From: an uncultured Alphaproteobacteria bacterium
GTDB lineage: Bacteria; Pseudomonadota; Alphaproteobacteria; Rs-D84
Assembly (NCBI GenBank): GCA_944389235.1
Contig: CALXLO010000005.1
Coordinates: 1 to 59,080, forward strand
Length of the DNA: 59,080 nucleotides
Direction of reading: 5' to 3'
Below the pieces are notes generated by a model, which worked only from the letters and a program-made list of their open reading frames with translations, made no database searches and was not told the DNA's origin. Positions 9,498 through 21,564 of the stretch are shown here, one piece after another. Position 1 is the stretch's first letter. Each line of letters starts with the position of its first letter. The translations under genes were made by a program, and so were the position numbers.

Positions 9498-10904
9498 TTA
9501 TTTTTTTGTTTTTGATTGACCAGAACTTTTTTTCTGTTTTGTTCCGGCTTTTTTGTTATTTTCGCTGGTTAAAAAAGATTCCAGCCAATGATTGTCAAAG
9601 TTCAATGTTTTTACATCACGATTCCGCAACAGTTTTTGCTGCAACGGTATAGTGGTTTTAACACCTTCTATGACAAACTCGTCCAATGCACGGTCTGCAC
9701 GCATGATACATGCCGGTCGTGATTGTGCATGAACAATTAACTTTGCAATCATAGAATCATATGTCGGCGGGATTGTGTACCCAGTGTAAACTGCACTGTC
9801 TACGCGCACCCCCAGTCCCCCAGATGGTGCATATAAAGTAATTTTTCCCGGATTGGGGGTAAAGTTTTCTGGGTCTTCGGCATTGATACGAAATTCAATC
9901 GCATGTCCATGTGGAACAACATTTGATTGGGTATACCCCAACTTTTCCCCCGCAGCGATTCGGATTTGTTCACGCACCAAGTCCACGCCATAAACCATTT
10001 CTGTAACTGGGTGTTCAACCTGTAACCGTGTATTCATTTCCAAGAAATAGAATTTACCGTCTTCAAACATAAATTCAAATGTTCCAGCATTTACATAACC
10101 CATTTTCTTGGCAGCGTTTTTGCATACCTCTATCATATCATCGCGTTGCTTTTGCGTCAGGATGGCGGCGGGGCATTCTTCCATAACCTTTTGATTTTTG
10201 CGTTGCAACGAACAATCGCGTTCGCCAAAAATTACGACATTGCCATGCGAATCGCCCAAGACCTGAAATTCGATATGACGCGGATGTAATAACAGTTTTT
10301 CCATATACAGTGTGTCATCGCCGAAACCAGATTTTGCCTCATTTTTTGTCATCTGGAACGCTTCGGCCATATCATCTGCACTCATTACCGGACGGATACC
10401 GCGTCCACCGCCACCTGCGGCAGCCTTTAACATTACAGGGTATCCGATGTTTTCCGCCCACGCGTATGCGTCATCTAATGTTTCAACAGCGCCATCAGAA
10501 CCGGGTACCACGGGCAATCCGCATTTTATTGCAGTTTGTTTGGCGTTAACCTTGTCGCCCATTTTTTCAATCATTGCCGCAGACGGTCCAATCCAGATTA
10601 AACCATGCTGTTCAACCTTTTGCGCAAAGTCAGCGCGTTCGGATAAAAAACCATACCCTGGGTGAATTGCGTCGGCATTTGTTAACAGCGCAGCTGTTAA
10701 AATCGCAGATTCGTTCAAATAAGAATCTTTGGATGGTGCCGGTCCAATACATACAGATTCGTCAGCCAGTTGAACATGCATCGCATTTTTATCCGCAGTT
10801 GAATAAACTGCGACCGTGCGTATGCCCATATCGCGGCACGCGCGAATAATACGCAATGCAATTTCACCGCGATTAGCAATTAAAACTTTTTTTATCTGAG
10901 ACAT
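9498..10904 (-). CDS. accC: Acetyl-CoA carboxylase biotin carboxylase
   Basis: [31 protein letters not shown]. Confidence 0.97.
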   Translation of the reverse strand: MSQIKKVLIANRGEIALRIIRACRDMGIRTVAVYSTADKNAMHVQLADESVCIGPAPSKDSYLNESAILTAALLTNADAIHPGYGFLSERADFAQKVEQHGLIWIGPSAAMIEKMGDKVNAKQTAIKCGLPVVPGSDGAVETLDDAYAWAENIGYPVMLKAAAGGGGRGIRPVMSADDMAEAFQMTKNEAKSGFGDDTLYMEKLLLHPRHIEFQVLGDSHGNVVIFGERDCSLQRKNQKVMEECPAAILTQKQRDDMIEVCKNAAKKMGYVNAGTFEFMFEDGKFYFLEMNTRLQVEHPVTEMVYGVDLVREQIRIAAGEKLGYTQSNVVPHGHAIEFRINAEDPENFTPNPGKITLYAPSGGLGVRVDSAVYTGYTIPPTYDSMIAKLIVHAQSRPACIMRADRALDEFVIEGVKTTIPLQQKLLRNRDVKTLNFDNHWLESFLTSENNKKAGTKQKKSSGQSKTKK

Positions 10905-10906
10905 TT

Positions 10907-11359
10907 TTATTCAATAACAATTATTGGTTGATCAAATTCTACTGCTTGGCCATCGGAAACCAGAATTTCTTTGACAACGCCGTCTTTATCAGATTTAATC
11001 GGATTAAATGTTTTCATGGCTTCTATCAATGCGACGGTATCGCCGGCCTTGATATGTGCCCCAACCGATGTAAACGGCTTAGCGCCAGGTTCTGGTGCCA
11101 GATATGCGACCCCAACCATTGGTGATTTCAGTGCGTATCCACTAATTTTATCATCGCCCCCCGCAGGTTCGCTGTTTGTATTTTTGGATTCAGATGATAC
11201 CGGAAAGTTCGGCATAGCGACCGCGGCGGTCTGTTGTTTGGACAAATGAATATGCTTGCGATAAACACCGAACAAAAACTGGCGTTCCAAGTCTAATTCT
11301 GTAATTCCCATTTCATCCATAATTTTTGACATGGATTCTACGGTTGCACGAAATGACAT
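10907..11359 (-). CDS. accB: Biotin carboxyl carrier protein
   Basis: SPMVG, EAMK biotinylation motif. Confidence 0.95.
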   Translation of the reverse strand: MSFRATVESMSKIMDEMGITELDLERQFLFGVYRKHIHLSKQQTAAVAMPNFPVSSESKNTNSEPAGGDDKISGYALKSPMVGVAYLAPEPGAKPFTSVGAHIKAGDTVALIEAMKTFNPIKSDKDGVVKEILVSDGQAVEFDQPIIVIE

Positions 11360-11434
11360 TTTATATCCTTTATTATATTAACCTTGCATCAATTTTTTCA
11401 TGTGCCTGAAATTTTACCACAATCGTTGCGTATG

Positions 11435-11686
11435 TCAAGGGACTGGGTCATATCCAAATCCACCGCCCGGTCGACAGCGTAATATTCGTCGCAAGCCCAT
11501 TATCGTACCACGCAATACACCGTATTTTTCAATGGCGCATGCGGTATATTCGCTGCACGATGGGACAAACCGACATGCAGCCCGTCCGCCGATAAATGGC
11601 GATATGCACGACTGATACATTCGCACCAAAGATATCGCGGCGCGGCGCGATACAGATATATGATTTTTATTGCTGGTGTTCGGCAT
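11435..11686 (-). CDS. yidD: Membrane protein insertion efficiency factor YidD
   Basis: YQ..ISP, CRFVPSCSEY, RILRC.P, GYDPVP; start approximate. Confidence 0.92.
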   Translation of the reverse strand: MPNTSNKNHISVSRRAAISLVRMYQSCISPFIGGRAACRFVPSCSEYTACAIEKYGVLRGTIMGLRRILRCRPGGGFGYDPVP

Positions 11687-12017
11687 TGTGTGTTTTCTTG
11701 ATATAGTGCAGCGCTTTGCGCATGGCGACACGACCATCTGTTCGTTTGGCAATCAGTATCGGATGTCGTGCGATAAATATATAGTCCATATCATCACACA
11801 TTCGCCATTCGTTAAATCTAATCCAATCGCGCAACAGGCGCTTTGCACGGTTTCTGTCCACGGCATGACGAAATGTTCGTTTGGTTGCAACGATACCGTA
11901 TTTTGGGTTATCTGGATGCTTAACAGGCTTGGCGCGCACAAAAAAATATACGCTGCGCGCATTCAGGTCTTGGTCTGTTATTGCAAAATCAATATGTTTT
12001 TTTATTGTGTCTCGCAT
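11667..12017 (-). CDS. rnpA: Ribonuclease P protein component
   Basis: GIVATKRTFRHAVDRNRAKRLLR RNR motif; adjacent to yidD. Confidence 0.92.
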   Translation of the reverse strand: MRDTIKKHIDFAITDQDLNARSVYFFVRAKPVKHPDNPKYGIVATKRTFRHAVDRNRAKRLLRDWIRFNEWRMCDDMDYIFIARHPILIAKRTDGRVAMRKALHYIKKTHNAEHQQ

Positions 12018-12108
12018 AGGGTATATATTATCATAATATTTATATAAGCAAATAAAAAAGCATTTTTGTATTATGGCGGCTTGATTTTTTCATCAAGTGG
12101 CTTTATAG

Positions 12109-13188
<1,080 letters not shown>

Positions 13189-13220
13189 AAAAACACCGGC
13201 AAATGCCGGTATTTTTTTAT

Positions 13221-14087
13221 TTATTTTAATCTCATCTTTTGTTGCATTTCAATTAATACAGGTGTTTCTATATTCAAATTTTTTGCGCGTTGAATTAATC
13301 CAGATAACGCAAATATACCTTCGACTGTACCAACCGGGGCATTTCCATGCGCGATTGCCATGCCACCTGCGAAATTACGACTGGTTTCAGATGTCGCAGA
13401 TAAAAACAAGTCCCCTATTCCGCATAAATCCAAGAAAGTACGCATTTGCGCGCCAGATGCCATACCGATTTCAACAACTTCGTTCCATGCGCGTGTAAAT
13501 ATCATTGCGCGTTCATTTTCACCCGCCGCTGCCACAGAATTATAACCACATATTAACGCAACTGCATTTTTCCCAACACCACATATTTCTGCACCAATAA
13601 CATCACTGCTGGGGTTTATATACAGCATACTTAATATCTGGGTTCCAATTTCAACAACAGATTGTGGACCGGCCAGTGTGCTGCCTGTGGGGATGTTGTG
13701 TGCAACCTCGGCCGCGAACTGAGGACCAGATAACACACCAAAATTTGTCGCACCTGGCATTTCAGTGCGGATTATTTCTGACATAAAATCACCTGTTGCC
13801 AGTTCTGCACCCTTGGTACAAATAATAATCGGCTGATTTTTATAGTACTGACATGCACTGCGTATTGTTTCGCGAAAGAATGCCCCTGGGGTTACAATTA
13901 GCCACGCATCACACGCACTTAATTTCGCCATGTCGCGCGATATTTGTATATTTTCTGGTAATTCTATGCCATCAAATTGCTTATATTCACCATCGTATGA
14001 CCATAAAATAACATCTGACCCGCCGCGTGCAGCACAAATTGCTAATGCTGTCCCCCACGCGCCGGCACCAATTACACCGACATTCAT
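13221..14087 (-). CDS. gpsA: NAD(P)H-dependent glycerol-3-phosphate dehydrogenase
   Basis: GAGAWGTALA, LSGPQFAAE, GIGDL..TSRN. Confidence 0.92.
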   Translation of the reverse strand: MNVGVIGAGAWGTALAICAARGGSDVILWSYDGEYKQFDGIELPENIQISRDMAKLSACDAWLIVTPGAFFRETIRSACQYYKNQPIIICTKGAELATGDFMSEIIRTEMPGATNFGVLSGPQFAAEVAHNIPTGSTLAGPQSVVEIGTQILSMLYINPSSDVIGAEICGVGKNAVALICGYNSVAAAGENERAMIFTRAWNEVVEIGMASGAQMRTFLDLCGIGDLFLSATSETSRNFAGGMAIAHGNAPVGTVEGIFALSGLIQRAKNLNIETPVLIEMQQKMRLK

Positions 14088-15700
14088 TTCAATTTCCTTA
14101 ATTTCTTTTCCAGATTTGGCACAACAACCAATCCATCATCAGATAATTCAATGGCGCGCATATACGCATCGCGTGCCAGTTTTTCATCATCCAGTGCGAC
14201 ATATAAATCGCCCAGGTGTTCAAACAGCGACGAACAAGACGCAGCAATTTCCCCAACCCGTTCCAGTATTTCCAGTGCCGCAACCGGTCCTTCGCGAACA
14301 ACAACAACACTGCCCAGTGTATCCCACGCCATGATATTTGTTGGGTCTTGCTTTACCAACATCATTGCGTAATCATACGCGTTTTCTATTTCGCGCCCCT
14401 GGGCCGCCCAAATTTTTGCCTGTAATGCTAGTATCTCTGCATCCAGTGGCAAAACCGCCGACGCATCATACAAATCAGATTGTGCTGCGTCTAAATCGCC
14501 GAAAGTATAATATATTTGTGCCCTGCTTTTGGTAAAAAATGCACGCCCTATTTCATTCAGATTTTCATCTGCCAGTGCCGCATCTATTACACGCAGTGCC
14601 GCACGCCGATTTCCGTTTTGAACATTATGTGCAACCAGTTTACTAACCGCCGGCACAAACAGCGGATTTTCACGCGTTGCGCGTTCCAGTGCGTCTATAT
14701 CACCCTTTTTATCAGCGGTACGCAAGACAGCGAATAAATAAAACGGGCTGGTTGGTGATATCTTATTAAAATATGTTTCATAATCACCAACATTATTATA
14801 AAAAAATTGCCCCAGATAGTAATTAACTGCATCACTGTGCTGGCCAAAATCTGGGCCTGTTAATTGCGCGAAACGCAATAACAGCATTGCTAAATCCGAA
14901 TACATCATTATCTGGGTATGCGACACAGTTTGAACCAAACTGAACGCCAGTTGGTTTGCATAGCCGTCAAACATAGACCATTCGGGAACATCATCATAAT
15001 CCAGCATAAATAAACCGCCTGGGCGTGATGTAAATTCATCATGCAGTGTACGCGCTGCATCGTCCATATTATTATGTTCATAGAACGACATTACATACAT
15101 ATAATCGTTCATATTCATAAAATCTGTGCTGACACTTGCAAATTCGTCTGCGGCATGTTTAATATCGCCATTTTGTGCATAAATTTGACCGCTGATAAAA
15201 TGTTGCCAAGATTCGTTTGTGGGTAATAATTTTATAAACTTTAATGCCGATTTTGTTCGGTCTGTTGCAACAGATGACCACACACGCAGCGGTGCTGCCA
15301 ACGCAGATTCGTCTTTCTTGTGGCGTTCGTATAATTTCGCCCAATCACCCTGTTGCACTAAATGGGCATCATAAATTAATCGTGATGCAGTGGTCTTTTC
15401 ATCAGCCAATATTTCTACACCATCTGGCATATATCCGCTTAAAAAATCAGCCAAGAATTTTGTCGATTGAACTGTGGCATATTCTATTTCATTTAATTGA
15501 CCGGCAAATTTTGCAGCATTTGCAAAATCGTTTACATATATTGCATGTTGCGCCGCCAAGAATGCGCCATATTGTGTTGTCGGATATTCGTGATGCGCAT
15601 TGTTATTATGACCCGATACATAATACCATATTGCGCCACCTGCCACAGCGACAGCAGCCAATAACACAGCACCAATAAATAAAGTTTCTGTTTTTCTCAT
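14084..15700 (-). CDS. Membrane-anchored TPR-repeat protein
   Basis: N-terminal TM helix; C-terminal TPR motifs (WDTLG, EHLGDLY). Confidence 0.75.
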   Translation of the reverse strand: MRKTETLFIGAVLLAAVAVAGGAIWYYVSGHNNNAHHEYPTTQYGAFLAAQHAIYVNDFANAAKFAGQLNEIEYATVQSTKFLADFLSGYMPDGVEILADEKTTASRLIYDAHLVQQGDWAKLYERHKKDESALAAPLRVWSSVATDRTKSALKFIKLLPTNESWQHFISGQIYAQNGDIKHAADEFASVSTDFMNMNDYMYVMSFYEHNNMDDAARTLHDEFTSRPGGLFMLDYDDVPEWSMFDGYANQLAFSLVQTVSHTQIMMYSDLAMLLLRFAQLTGPDFGQHSDAVNYYLGQFFYNNVGDYETYFNKISPTSPFYLFAVLRTADKKGDIDALERATRENPLFVPAVSKLVAHNVQNGNRRAALRVIDAALADENLNEIGRAFFTKSRAQIYYTFGDLDAAQSDLYDASAVLPLDAEILALQAKIWAAQGREIENAYDYAMMLVKQDPTNIMAWDTLGSVVVVREGPVAALEILERVGEIAASCSSLFEHLGDLYVALDDEKLARDAYMRAIELSDDGLVVVPNLEKKLRKLK

Positions 15701-15726
15701 GTGAAAGTTATGCTACAATAAACTTT

Positions 15727-16287
15727 ATGAATAATAAAGAAAAATTTGACCGATACGAATCATTATTGCGACAATGGTCGAAACGCATGAATCTGGTTGC
15801 CCCCAGTACACTGGATGATATAAAAACGCGCCACTTTGCCGATTCTGCGCAACTGGCAGATGTTTTGCCAAAAAATGCGCACATCGTTGATTTGGGCAGT
15901 GGCGCTGGCTTTCCTGGGGTTGTATTGGCAATAATGGGGTGGCGTGTTACATGTATTGAATCAATTAATAAAAAGGTTTTATTTTTATCTGATGTCAAAG
16001 AAAAACTGGGGTTAGATAATTTGACAATATATCACGGTCGTGTGGAAAACTTTGTCGCCACCCTGCCCCACGAAAATAAAAATATAGTTTTTACTGCACG
16101 CGCATTTGCGCCATTGGTTAAAATCTTGGATTATGTTGCAAAAACAAAGCGGCCAATTTTCTTGCTAAAAGGCCGGCAAATACCGGCAGAAATTGATGTC
16201 GCAAAACAATATTACAAGTTTGATTATGAATTGATACCATCTAAAACCGGCGACGGATACATTGTTATTATCAAAAATTGCCGGTAA
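15727..16287 (+). CDS. rsmG: 16S rRNA m7G527 methyltransferase RsmG
   Basis: RHFADS, DLGSGAGFPG, TARAFAPL; precedes parAB. Confidence 0.95.
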   Translation: MNNKEKFDRYESLLRQWSKRMNLVAPSTLDDIKTRHFADSAQLADVLPKNAHIVDLGSGAGFPGVVLAIMGWRVTCIESINKKVLFLSDVKEKLGLDNLTIYHGRVENFVATLPHENKNIVFTARAFAPLVKILDYVAKTKRPIFLLKGRQIPAEIDVAKQYYKFDYELIPSKTGDGYIVIIKNCR

Positions 16288-16383
16288 TTTCACATGAAAT
16301 AAACTATAATATTTTGATTTTACTTACTTTTTATATTTAGGATAAAACTTGTTTCTTGTGTGAGTTTTATTTCATATGAAATA
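16287..16383. promoter_or_regulatory. Two parS-like palindromes
   Basis: ATTTCACATGAAAT (16287-16300) and TATTTCATATGAAATA (16368-16383) resemble TGTTTCACGTGAAACA, directly upstream of parA. Confidence 0.6.
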
Positions 16384-16495
16384 TGTTATAATATATTGAA
16401 AACAGTTGATTTTTGTGTATGAAAATATATTGTCTTGACCGAATCGTTGACGATATTGTATTCTGAATTTGTTAACAAAAGGGGAATTTATATCT

Positions 16496-17269
16496 ATGGC
16501 GTATATTATTGCATTTGCAAATCAAAAGGGCGGGGTGGGCAAAACCACAACGGCTGTAAACCTGGGGGCTTCGTTGGCGGGAATAAAAAAACGCGTATTG
16601 TTAATTGACCTGGATTCCCAGGGAAATGCCGGTACAGGTCTGGGGTTTGTCCGCAGTGCGCACCCACAAAGTGTTTATGGGGTTATTACAGGTTCTGCAC
16701 CAGCATCTGATAATGTGTTGTCTACCGCGGTGCCGGGGTTGCATATTATGCCGGCATCACCGAAATTGGCAGCAGTGGAAAATTATTTGTTGGATGACGA
16801 AGGGGGAATATACAGTCTGCGTGACGCGTTGCGTCCATTACAGAACCATTATGATTATATATTAATTGATTGTCCGCCGGCAATGGGTGCATTAACAATG
16901 AATGCATTGGCCGCAGCAAACAGTGTTATTATACCATTACAGCCGGAATTTTATGCACTGGAAGGAATTACGCATTTGATTAACAATATTAATGGTATTC
17001 GTAATAAATGGAACCCGGAACTGGGGATTTTGGGAATATTGTTGACCATGTATGATAAACGATACGGTCAAACCAGTGCTGTCGAAGACCAAGTTCGCAA
17101 GACATTTGGTGATATTGTTTTCAAAACAGTTATTCCGCGTAATGTCCGTGTGTCTGAGGCACCCAGTCATGGTCAACCAGCATTGTTTTATGCATTTAAT
17201 TCACCCGGTGCACAGGCATACTTGCGTGTCGCGACCGAGGTTGTTCAACGCTTAGAAAAAGAGGAATAA
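16496..17269 (+). CDS. parA: Chromosome partitioning ATPase ParA/Soj
   Basis: NQKGGVGKTTT, IDCPP, PRNVRVSEAPSHG. Confidence 0.96.
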   Translation: MAYIIAFANQKGGVGKTTTAVNLGASLAGIKKRVLLIDLDSQGNAGTGLGFVRSAHPQSVYGVITGSAPASDNVLSTAVPGLHIMPASPKLAAVENYLLDDEGGIYSLRDALRPLQNHYDYILIDCPPAMGALTMNALAAANSVIIPLQPEFYALEGITHLINNINGIRNKWNPELGILGILLTMYDKRYGQTSAVEDQVRKTFGDIVFKTVIPRNVRVSEAPSHGQPALFYAFNSPGAQAYLRVATEVVQRLEKEE

Positions 17270-17272
17270 GAT

Positions 17273-18151
17273 ATGGCATCAAAATTTGGACTGGGACGCG
17301 GTCTGGCAGATTTGCAACAAGAAATGGAAAATATACCAGATATATCGGTGCTGGCGGCCGGTGGGCGTGTTGTTGTAAAGCAAATTCCACTGATTCAAAT
17401 TGGGGCAAATCCAGACCAGCCGCGCAAAACATTTTCAGATGCAGAATTGGCAGAATTGGCGGCATCAATCAAAGAAAAAGGGGTTTTACAACCGATTTTA
17501 TTGCGTGCGGTTGATGGGCGGCCATATATGTATGAAATTGTCGCAGGCGAACGCCGCTATCGTGCCAGTAAAATGGCGGGGTTGACAGAAATTCCGGCAT
17601 TGGTAAAAAGTATTACCCCAGAAAACGCGATGGAAATCGCGCTGATTGAAAATGTCCAGCGTGAAAATTTGAACCCAATAGAAGAAGCCGCCGCGTATAA
17701 AAATATAATGGACAAGTGCGGGTATGAGCTGGCTGATGTTGCGCGATTAATTGGCAAGTCAGACAGTTATATCAGAAATATTATGCGTTTGGATAGTTTA
17801 CCGGCTGATGTAAAAAAAATGGTTGCAGATGGCGAATTATCTGCATCGCATGCGCGCACAATTGCGGTCGCAGAAAATCCAACAGAATTGGCGCATCGGA
17901 TTATAAATAAAAAAATGTCTGTGGCAGATACAGAAAAAATGGTGAAAGTTGCCACGCGGCGCGCATCTGGTCGTGCGTATTCGTCAAAAACAATAGACGA
18001 TGCAACCGTGCGTGATATTGAATCGCGCCTGTCATCTGCGTTGGGGGTGTCTGTTACGCTGCGTGAAAAACGCGGTGGGGCAGGGCAAATTATTTTATCA
18101 TTTGCGACCCGAACACAAATGCAAGATTTGGTAGATAAATTAACCAGATAA
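17273..18151 (+). CDS. parB: Chromosome partitioning protein ParB
   Basis: GLGRGL, QPRKTF, AGERRYRA, IENVQRENL. Confidence 0.96.
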   Translation: MASKFGLGRGLADLQQEMENIPDISVLAAGGRVVVKQIPLIQIGANPDQPRKTFSDAELAELAASIKEKGVLQPILLRAVDGRPYMYEIVAGERRYRASKMAGLTEIPALVKSITPENAMEIALIENVQRENLNPIEEAAAYKNIMDKCGYELADVARLIGKSDSYIRNIMRLDSLPADVKKMVADGELSASHARTIAVAENPTELAHRIINKKMSVADTEKMVKVATRRASGRAYSSKTIDDATVRDIESRLSSALGVSVTLREKRGGAGQIILSFATRTQMQDLVDKLTR

Positions 18152-18295
18152 ATCATAATAAAAAAAGCCGGCATTTACCGGCTTTTTTGATACTTTTTAT
18201 TTAGTGTTGCAATATAAGTATATTTTCAGTTTATTTTATTTGCCTTTTTAGGATTCTTTTTGTATGTTTTTTGTGTAAAAACGCAGGGGACGATT

Positions 18296-18499
18296 ATGGA
18301 CGAAAAAAAATTATCGTTTGAAGACGCTTATAAACAACTGGCTGATTTAGTAAAAAAGATGGAATCTGGTGAATTACCGTTGGCGGATTCTGTGGCTGCA
18401 TACGAACAAGGAATTAAATTAAAAGCATATTGTGAACAGTTGTTAAAAGAAGCAGAATTAAAAATAGAAACTTTGAAAGTTGGTCCAGAACAAGCATAA
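18296..18499 (+). CDS. xseB: Exodeoxyribonuclease VII small subunit
   Basis: SFEDA..L..LVKKMESGELPL..YEQG. Confidence 0.92.
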   Translation: MDEKKLSFEDAYKQLADLVKKMESGELPLADSVAAYEQGIKLKAYCEQLLKEAELKIETLKVGPEQA

Positions 18500-18511
18500 A
18501 TGGATTAAATC

Positions 18512-21055
18512 GTGGCAGATAAAAGCAAATTAACCCCAGTTATGCAGCAATATATGGATATGAAAGCTGAAAATCCAGATGCGCTGCTGATGTTTCGTTT
18601 GGGTGATTTTTACGAGGCTTTTTTTGATGATGCCAAGGTTATCAGCAGCAGTTTGGGTCTGGTGCTGACCCAGCGCGGCACAGATGGCGATGGGGAAAAC
18701 ATACCAATGTGTGGGATTCCGTGGCATGCGGCAGATAATTATTTCGGTCGTTTGGTTCGCGCAGGTTTTTGTGTCGCATTGGTTGAACAAATGGAAACCC
18801 CAGCCGAAGCCAAAGCCCGTGGTCATAAGTTCATAGAACGACGCGTTGTGCGTGTATTAACGCCTGGGACATTGACCGATGAAAACTTGTTGGCACCCAA
18901 AAGTTCTAATTTTTTAATTGCTGTTGTGGCTGTATCTGACGGGTTGTTTGATATTGCGGGGTGCGATATTTCCACCGGCGAATTTTTTATTGGCAAAACA
19001 TCTGATGTTATTGATGATTTGGTTCGCATAAACCCAGCCGAAGTTATTTACCCAGAATCTGTGGCCGAAGATGCGACTTTTTTACGCATACGCAATATGT
19101 TCAAAACGACACCTGTGTATGAAAAACTGTATCATCGGGCAGATATTGACCAGATTGTATCGCGTGTATTCGGTGGCGCGGTATCATCAGACAATGCGAC
19201 AACAAATTGTGATGGTGCAATTTCGCTGTTGGCGGGCTATTTATTTAATACCCAGCGCGGTGCGGCGATAACATTTCGTGCGCCGTATGAATATAAATCT
19301 GGGCGACAATTATTGATTGATTCTGCAACATGGAAAAGTTTAGAAATAGATGCACCAATTAATGATGGTGGCGCATGTTTAATTGATGTGCTGGACAATA
19401 CCAAGACAGCTGCGGGTGCACGAAAATTGCGGTCTTATTTACGAACGCTGTCCGCAGATGTTAATGAAATTCACCGTCGTCAAGAACATATTGGGCATTT
19501 ATTATTAAACCCAGATGTTATGGGCATGGTGGCATCGGCGTTGGATAATGTGCCAGATGTTGGGCGCAGTCTGGCGCGATTAATGGCGGGGCGGGGTACA
19601 CCGCGTGATATGCGTCATATTGCGAATTTTTTAACGGAATTACCAAATGCAGTAATGCTGGGCGCACGATTAGATTCTGATTTTTCTGCGCGATTTTCTG
19701 CGATTCGCACAAATGATGAATTGGCGCTGGAATTAAATCGTGCGTTGTGCGATGAATTACCGACATTTTTCCGTGATGGCGGTGTTATTCGTGATGGTTT
19801 TGATATATCGCTGGATAACATGCGGTCATTGTCGCATGGTGCGCGGGAAACGATTGCAGGAATGCAGGCAGAATATGCCGCCGCAACTGGTGTGCATAAT
19901 TTGAAAATAAAATACAACAATATGCTGGGGTATTTTATAGAGGTTCCGTCCAATCGTGCTGATGCGTTAATGGCACCAGAATCTGGATTTATCCATCGTC
20001 AGACTATGGCGGGTAATATGCGTTTTACAACTGCGCGATTAATTGATTTAGATAATGATGTGCGCAGTGCAGCAGAAAAATCTGCCGCGATAGAGGCGGA
20101 TATTATAAACCGCTTGATTGAAAAAATACGGGCGATATCAGATGATTTATTGGCGGCGGCTGATTTATTAGCGGATTTAGATACATGGTATTCATTAGCC
20201 GTTGCGGCAGACAAGTATTCATGGGTTCGCCCAGAAATTACCGACGATGTGGCATTTGATGTCGTTGGTGGGCGGCATCCGGTCATAGAATATGTTTTGC
20301 GCAGTCGTGGCGATAATTTTGTTAAAAATGATTGCAATTTGAATGCAAAGTCTGTTGCACTATTAACTGGTCCAAATATGGCGGGTAAATCAACATATTT
20401 GCGTCAGAATGCATTATTAGTTGTAATGACTCAGATGGGGTCTTTTGTTCCGGCAACGCGTGCGACAATTGGAATTTGCGACCAATTATTCAGTCGTGTT
20501 GGCGCGTCTGATAATTTAGCCGCCGGTCAGTCTACATTTATGGTTGAAATGTGTGAAACAGCCAACATACTGCGTCGTGCGACGAAAAATTCATTTATAA
20601 TATTTGATGAAATAGGGCGGGGTACCGCAACATACGACGGTATGGCAATTGCCCAAGCAGTATTAGAATATATGAACGATTTGCATGCCAGAACATTGTT
20701 CGCGACGCATTATCATGAATTAACATCACTGGTGGGTGATGATAATGGGCTGTTGGGCAATGTATCGTGTTTAACAATTGATGTGCGTGAACATGATAAC
20801 CAGATTATATTTATGCACAAAATTGTTGCAGGCGTTGCAAATCGGTCGTATGGTATCCAGGTTGCAAAAATGGCGGGTATGCCAGAATCTGTGGTTGCCC
20901 GGGCAGAATGTGTGCTGGACGCGCTGGAATCACGCGATGCACAGCATCATATATGTGATGCGCCATGTTTACGGGCGGAATCTGATGCAACGCGCCAGAC
21001 GCATGGGTGTGTGGCACAACCAGGGGTAAAGGAACAATTAAAACTGTTTGGGTAA
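18512..21055 (+). CDS. mutS: DNA mismatch repair protein MutS
   Basis: TPVMQQY, GDFYEAF, TGPNMAGKST, DEIGRGT, THYHEL. Confidence 0.97.
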   Translation: MADKSKLTPVMQQYMDMKAENPDALLMFRLGDFYEAFFDDAKVISSSLGLVLTQRGTDGDGENIPMCGIPWHAADNYFGRLVRAGFCVALVEQMETPAEAKARGHKFIERRVVRVLTPGTLTDENLLAPKSSNFLIAVVAVSDGLFDIAGCDISTGEFFIGKTSDVIDDLVRINPAEVIYPESVAEDATFLRIRNMFKTTPVYEKLYHRADIDQIVSRVFGGAVSSDNATTNCDGAISLLAGYLFNTQRGAAITFRAPYEYKSGRQLLIDSATWKSLEIDAPINDGGACLIDVLDNTKTAAGARKLRSYLRTLSADVNEIHRRQEHIGHLLLNPDVMGMVASALDNVPDVGRSLARLMAGRGTPRDMRHIANFLTELPNAVMLGARLDSDFSARFSAIRTNDELALELNRALCDELPTFFRDGGVIRDGFDISLDNMRSLSHGARETIAGMQAEYAAATGVHNLKIKYNNMLGYFIEVPSNRADALMAPESGFIHRQTMAGNMRFTTARLIDLDNDVRSAAEKSAAIEADIINRLIEKIRAISDDLLAAADLLADLDTWYSLAVAADKYSWVRPEITDDVAFDVVGGRHPVIEYVLRSRGDNFVKNDCNLNAKSVALLTGPNMAGKSTYLRQNALLVVMTQMGSFVPATRATIGICDQLFSRVGASDNLAAGQSTFMVEMCETANILRRATKNSFIIFDEIGRGTATYDGMAIAQAVLEYMNDLHARTLFATHYHELTSLVGDDNGLLGNVSCLTIDVREHDNQIIFMHKIVAGVANRSYGIQVAKMAGMPESVVARAECVLDALESRDAQHHICDAPCLRAESDATRQTHGCVAQPGVKEQLKLFG

Positions 21056-21060
21056 ATGTT

Positions 21061-21555
21061 ATGTCAGGAATAAGAAAAATACTGGAACCAGCATTTGTGG
21101 TAAGATATCCGATTTCGTCAGTTGGATTTTATGAATTTGGCAATATTGATGCACTAAAAAAATTCTTGCAAGAATTTGATTTTGTTCGCGGATGTGAACA
21201 TCTGGGGTTTTGTATCCCGTCGTTTCAGTTGGGAACAAAGATGTCTTTTAATTTAGACGGCTATTCACATAATGCACTGCGATGGGGACCGCGTTTTATA
21301 TTAACAGACGGTTCTGATTTTGCCGTCGATAACGGCAAAATGTCAATAACAATACCGAATATATCGCAAACGCGTTATCCAAATTTCTTTGTAAAGCAGT
21401 ATTCTCAGGTGTCTTTGCCGCTGGATTATGCAGATGCAGTATTGGATTTACAAAATATGTCTCAGTTATGGCCAATATGCTGTGGTAATCGCACAAAATT
21501 GCAGACTTTTCTGGGGCGCGCAGCGCGGGAACGCTATCAAATAACCAGGTTATAA
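21061..21555 (+). CDS. Hypothetical protein (paralog of downstream gene)
   Basis: Shares F.LGT..FNLD.Y, WGPRFI, ADAV.DL.NM.QLWP with 21565-22068. Confidence 0.75.
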   Translation: MSGIRKILEPAFVVRYPISSVGFYEFGNIDALKKFLQEFDFVRGCEHLGFCIPSFQLGTKMSFNLDGYSHNALRWGPRFILTDGSDFAVDNGKMSITIPNISQTRYPNFFVKQYSQVSLPLDYADAVLDLQNMSQLWPICCGNRTKLQTFLGRAARERYQITRL

Positions 21556-21564
21556 AAACACAGG

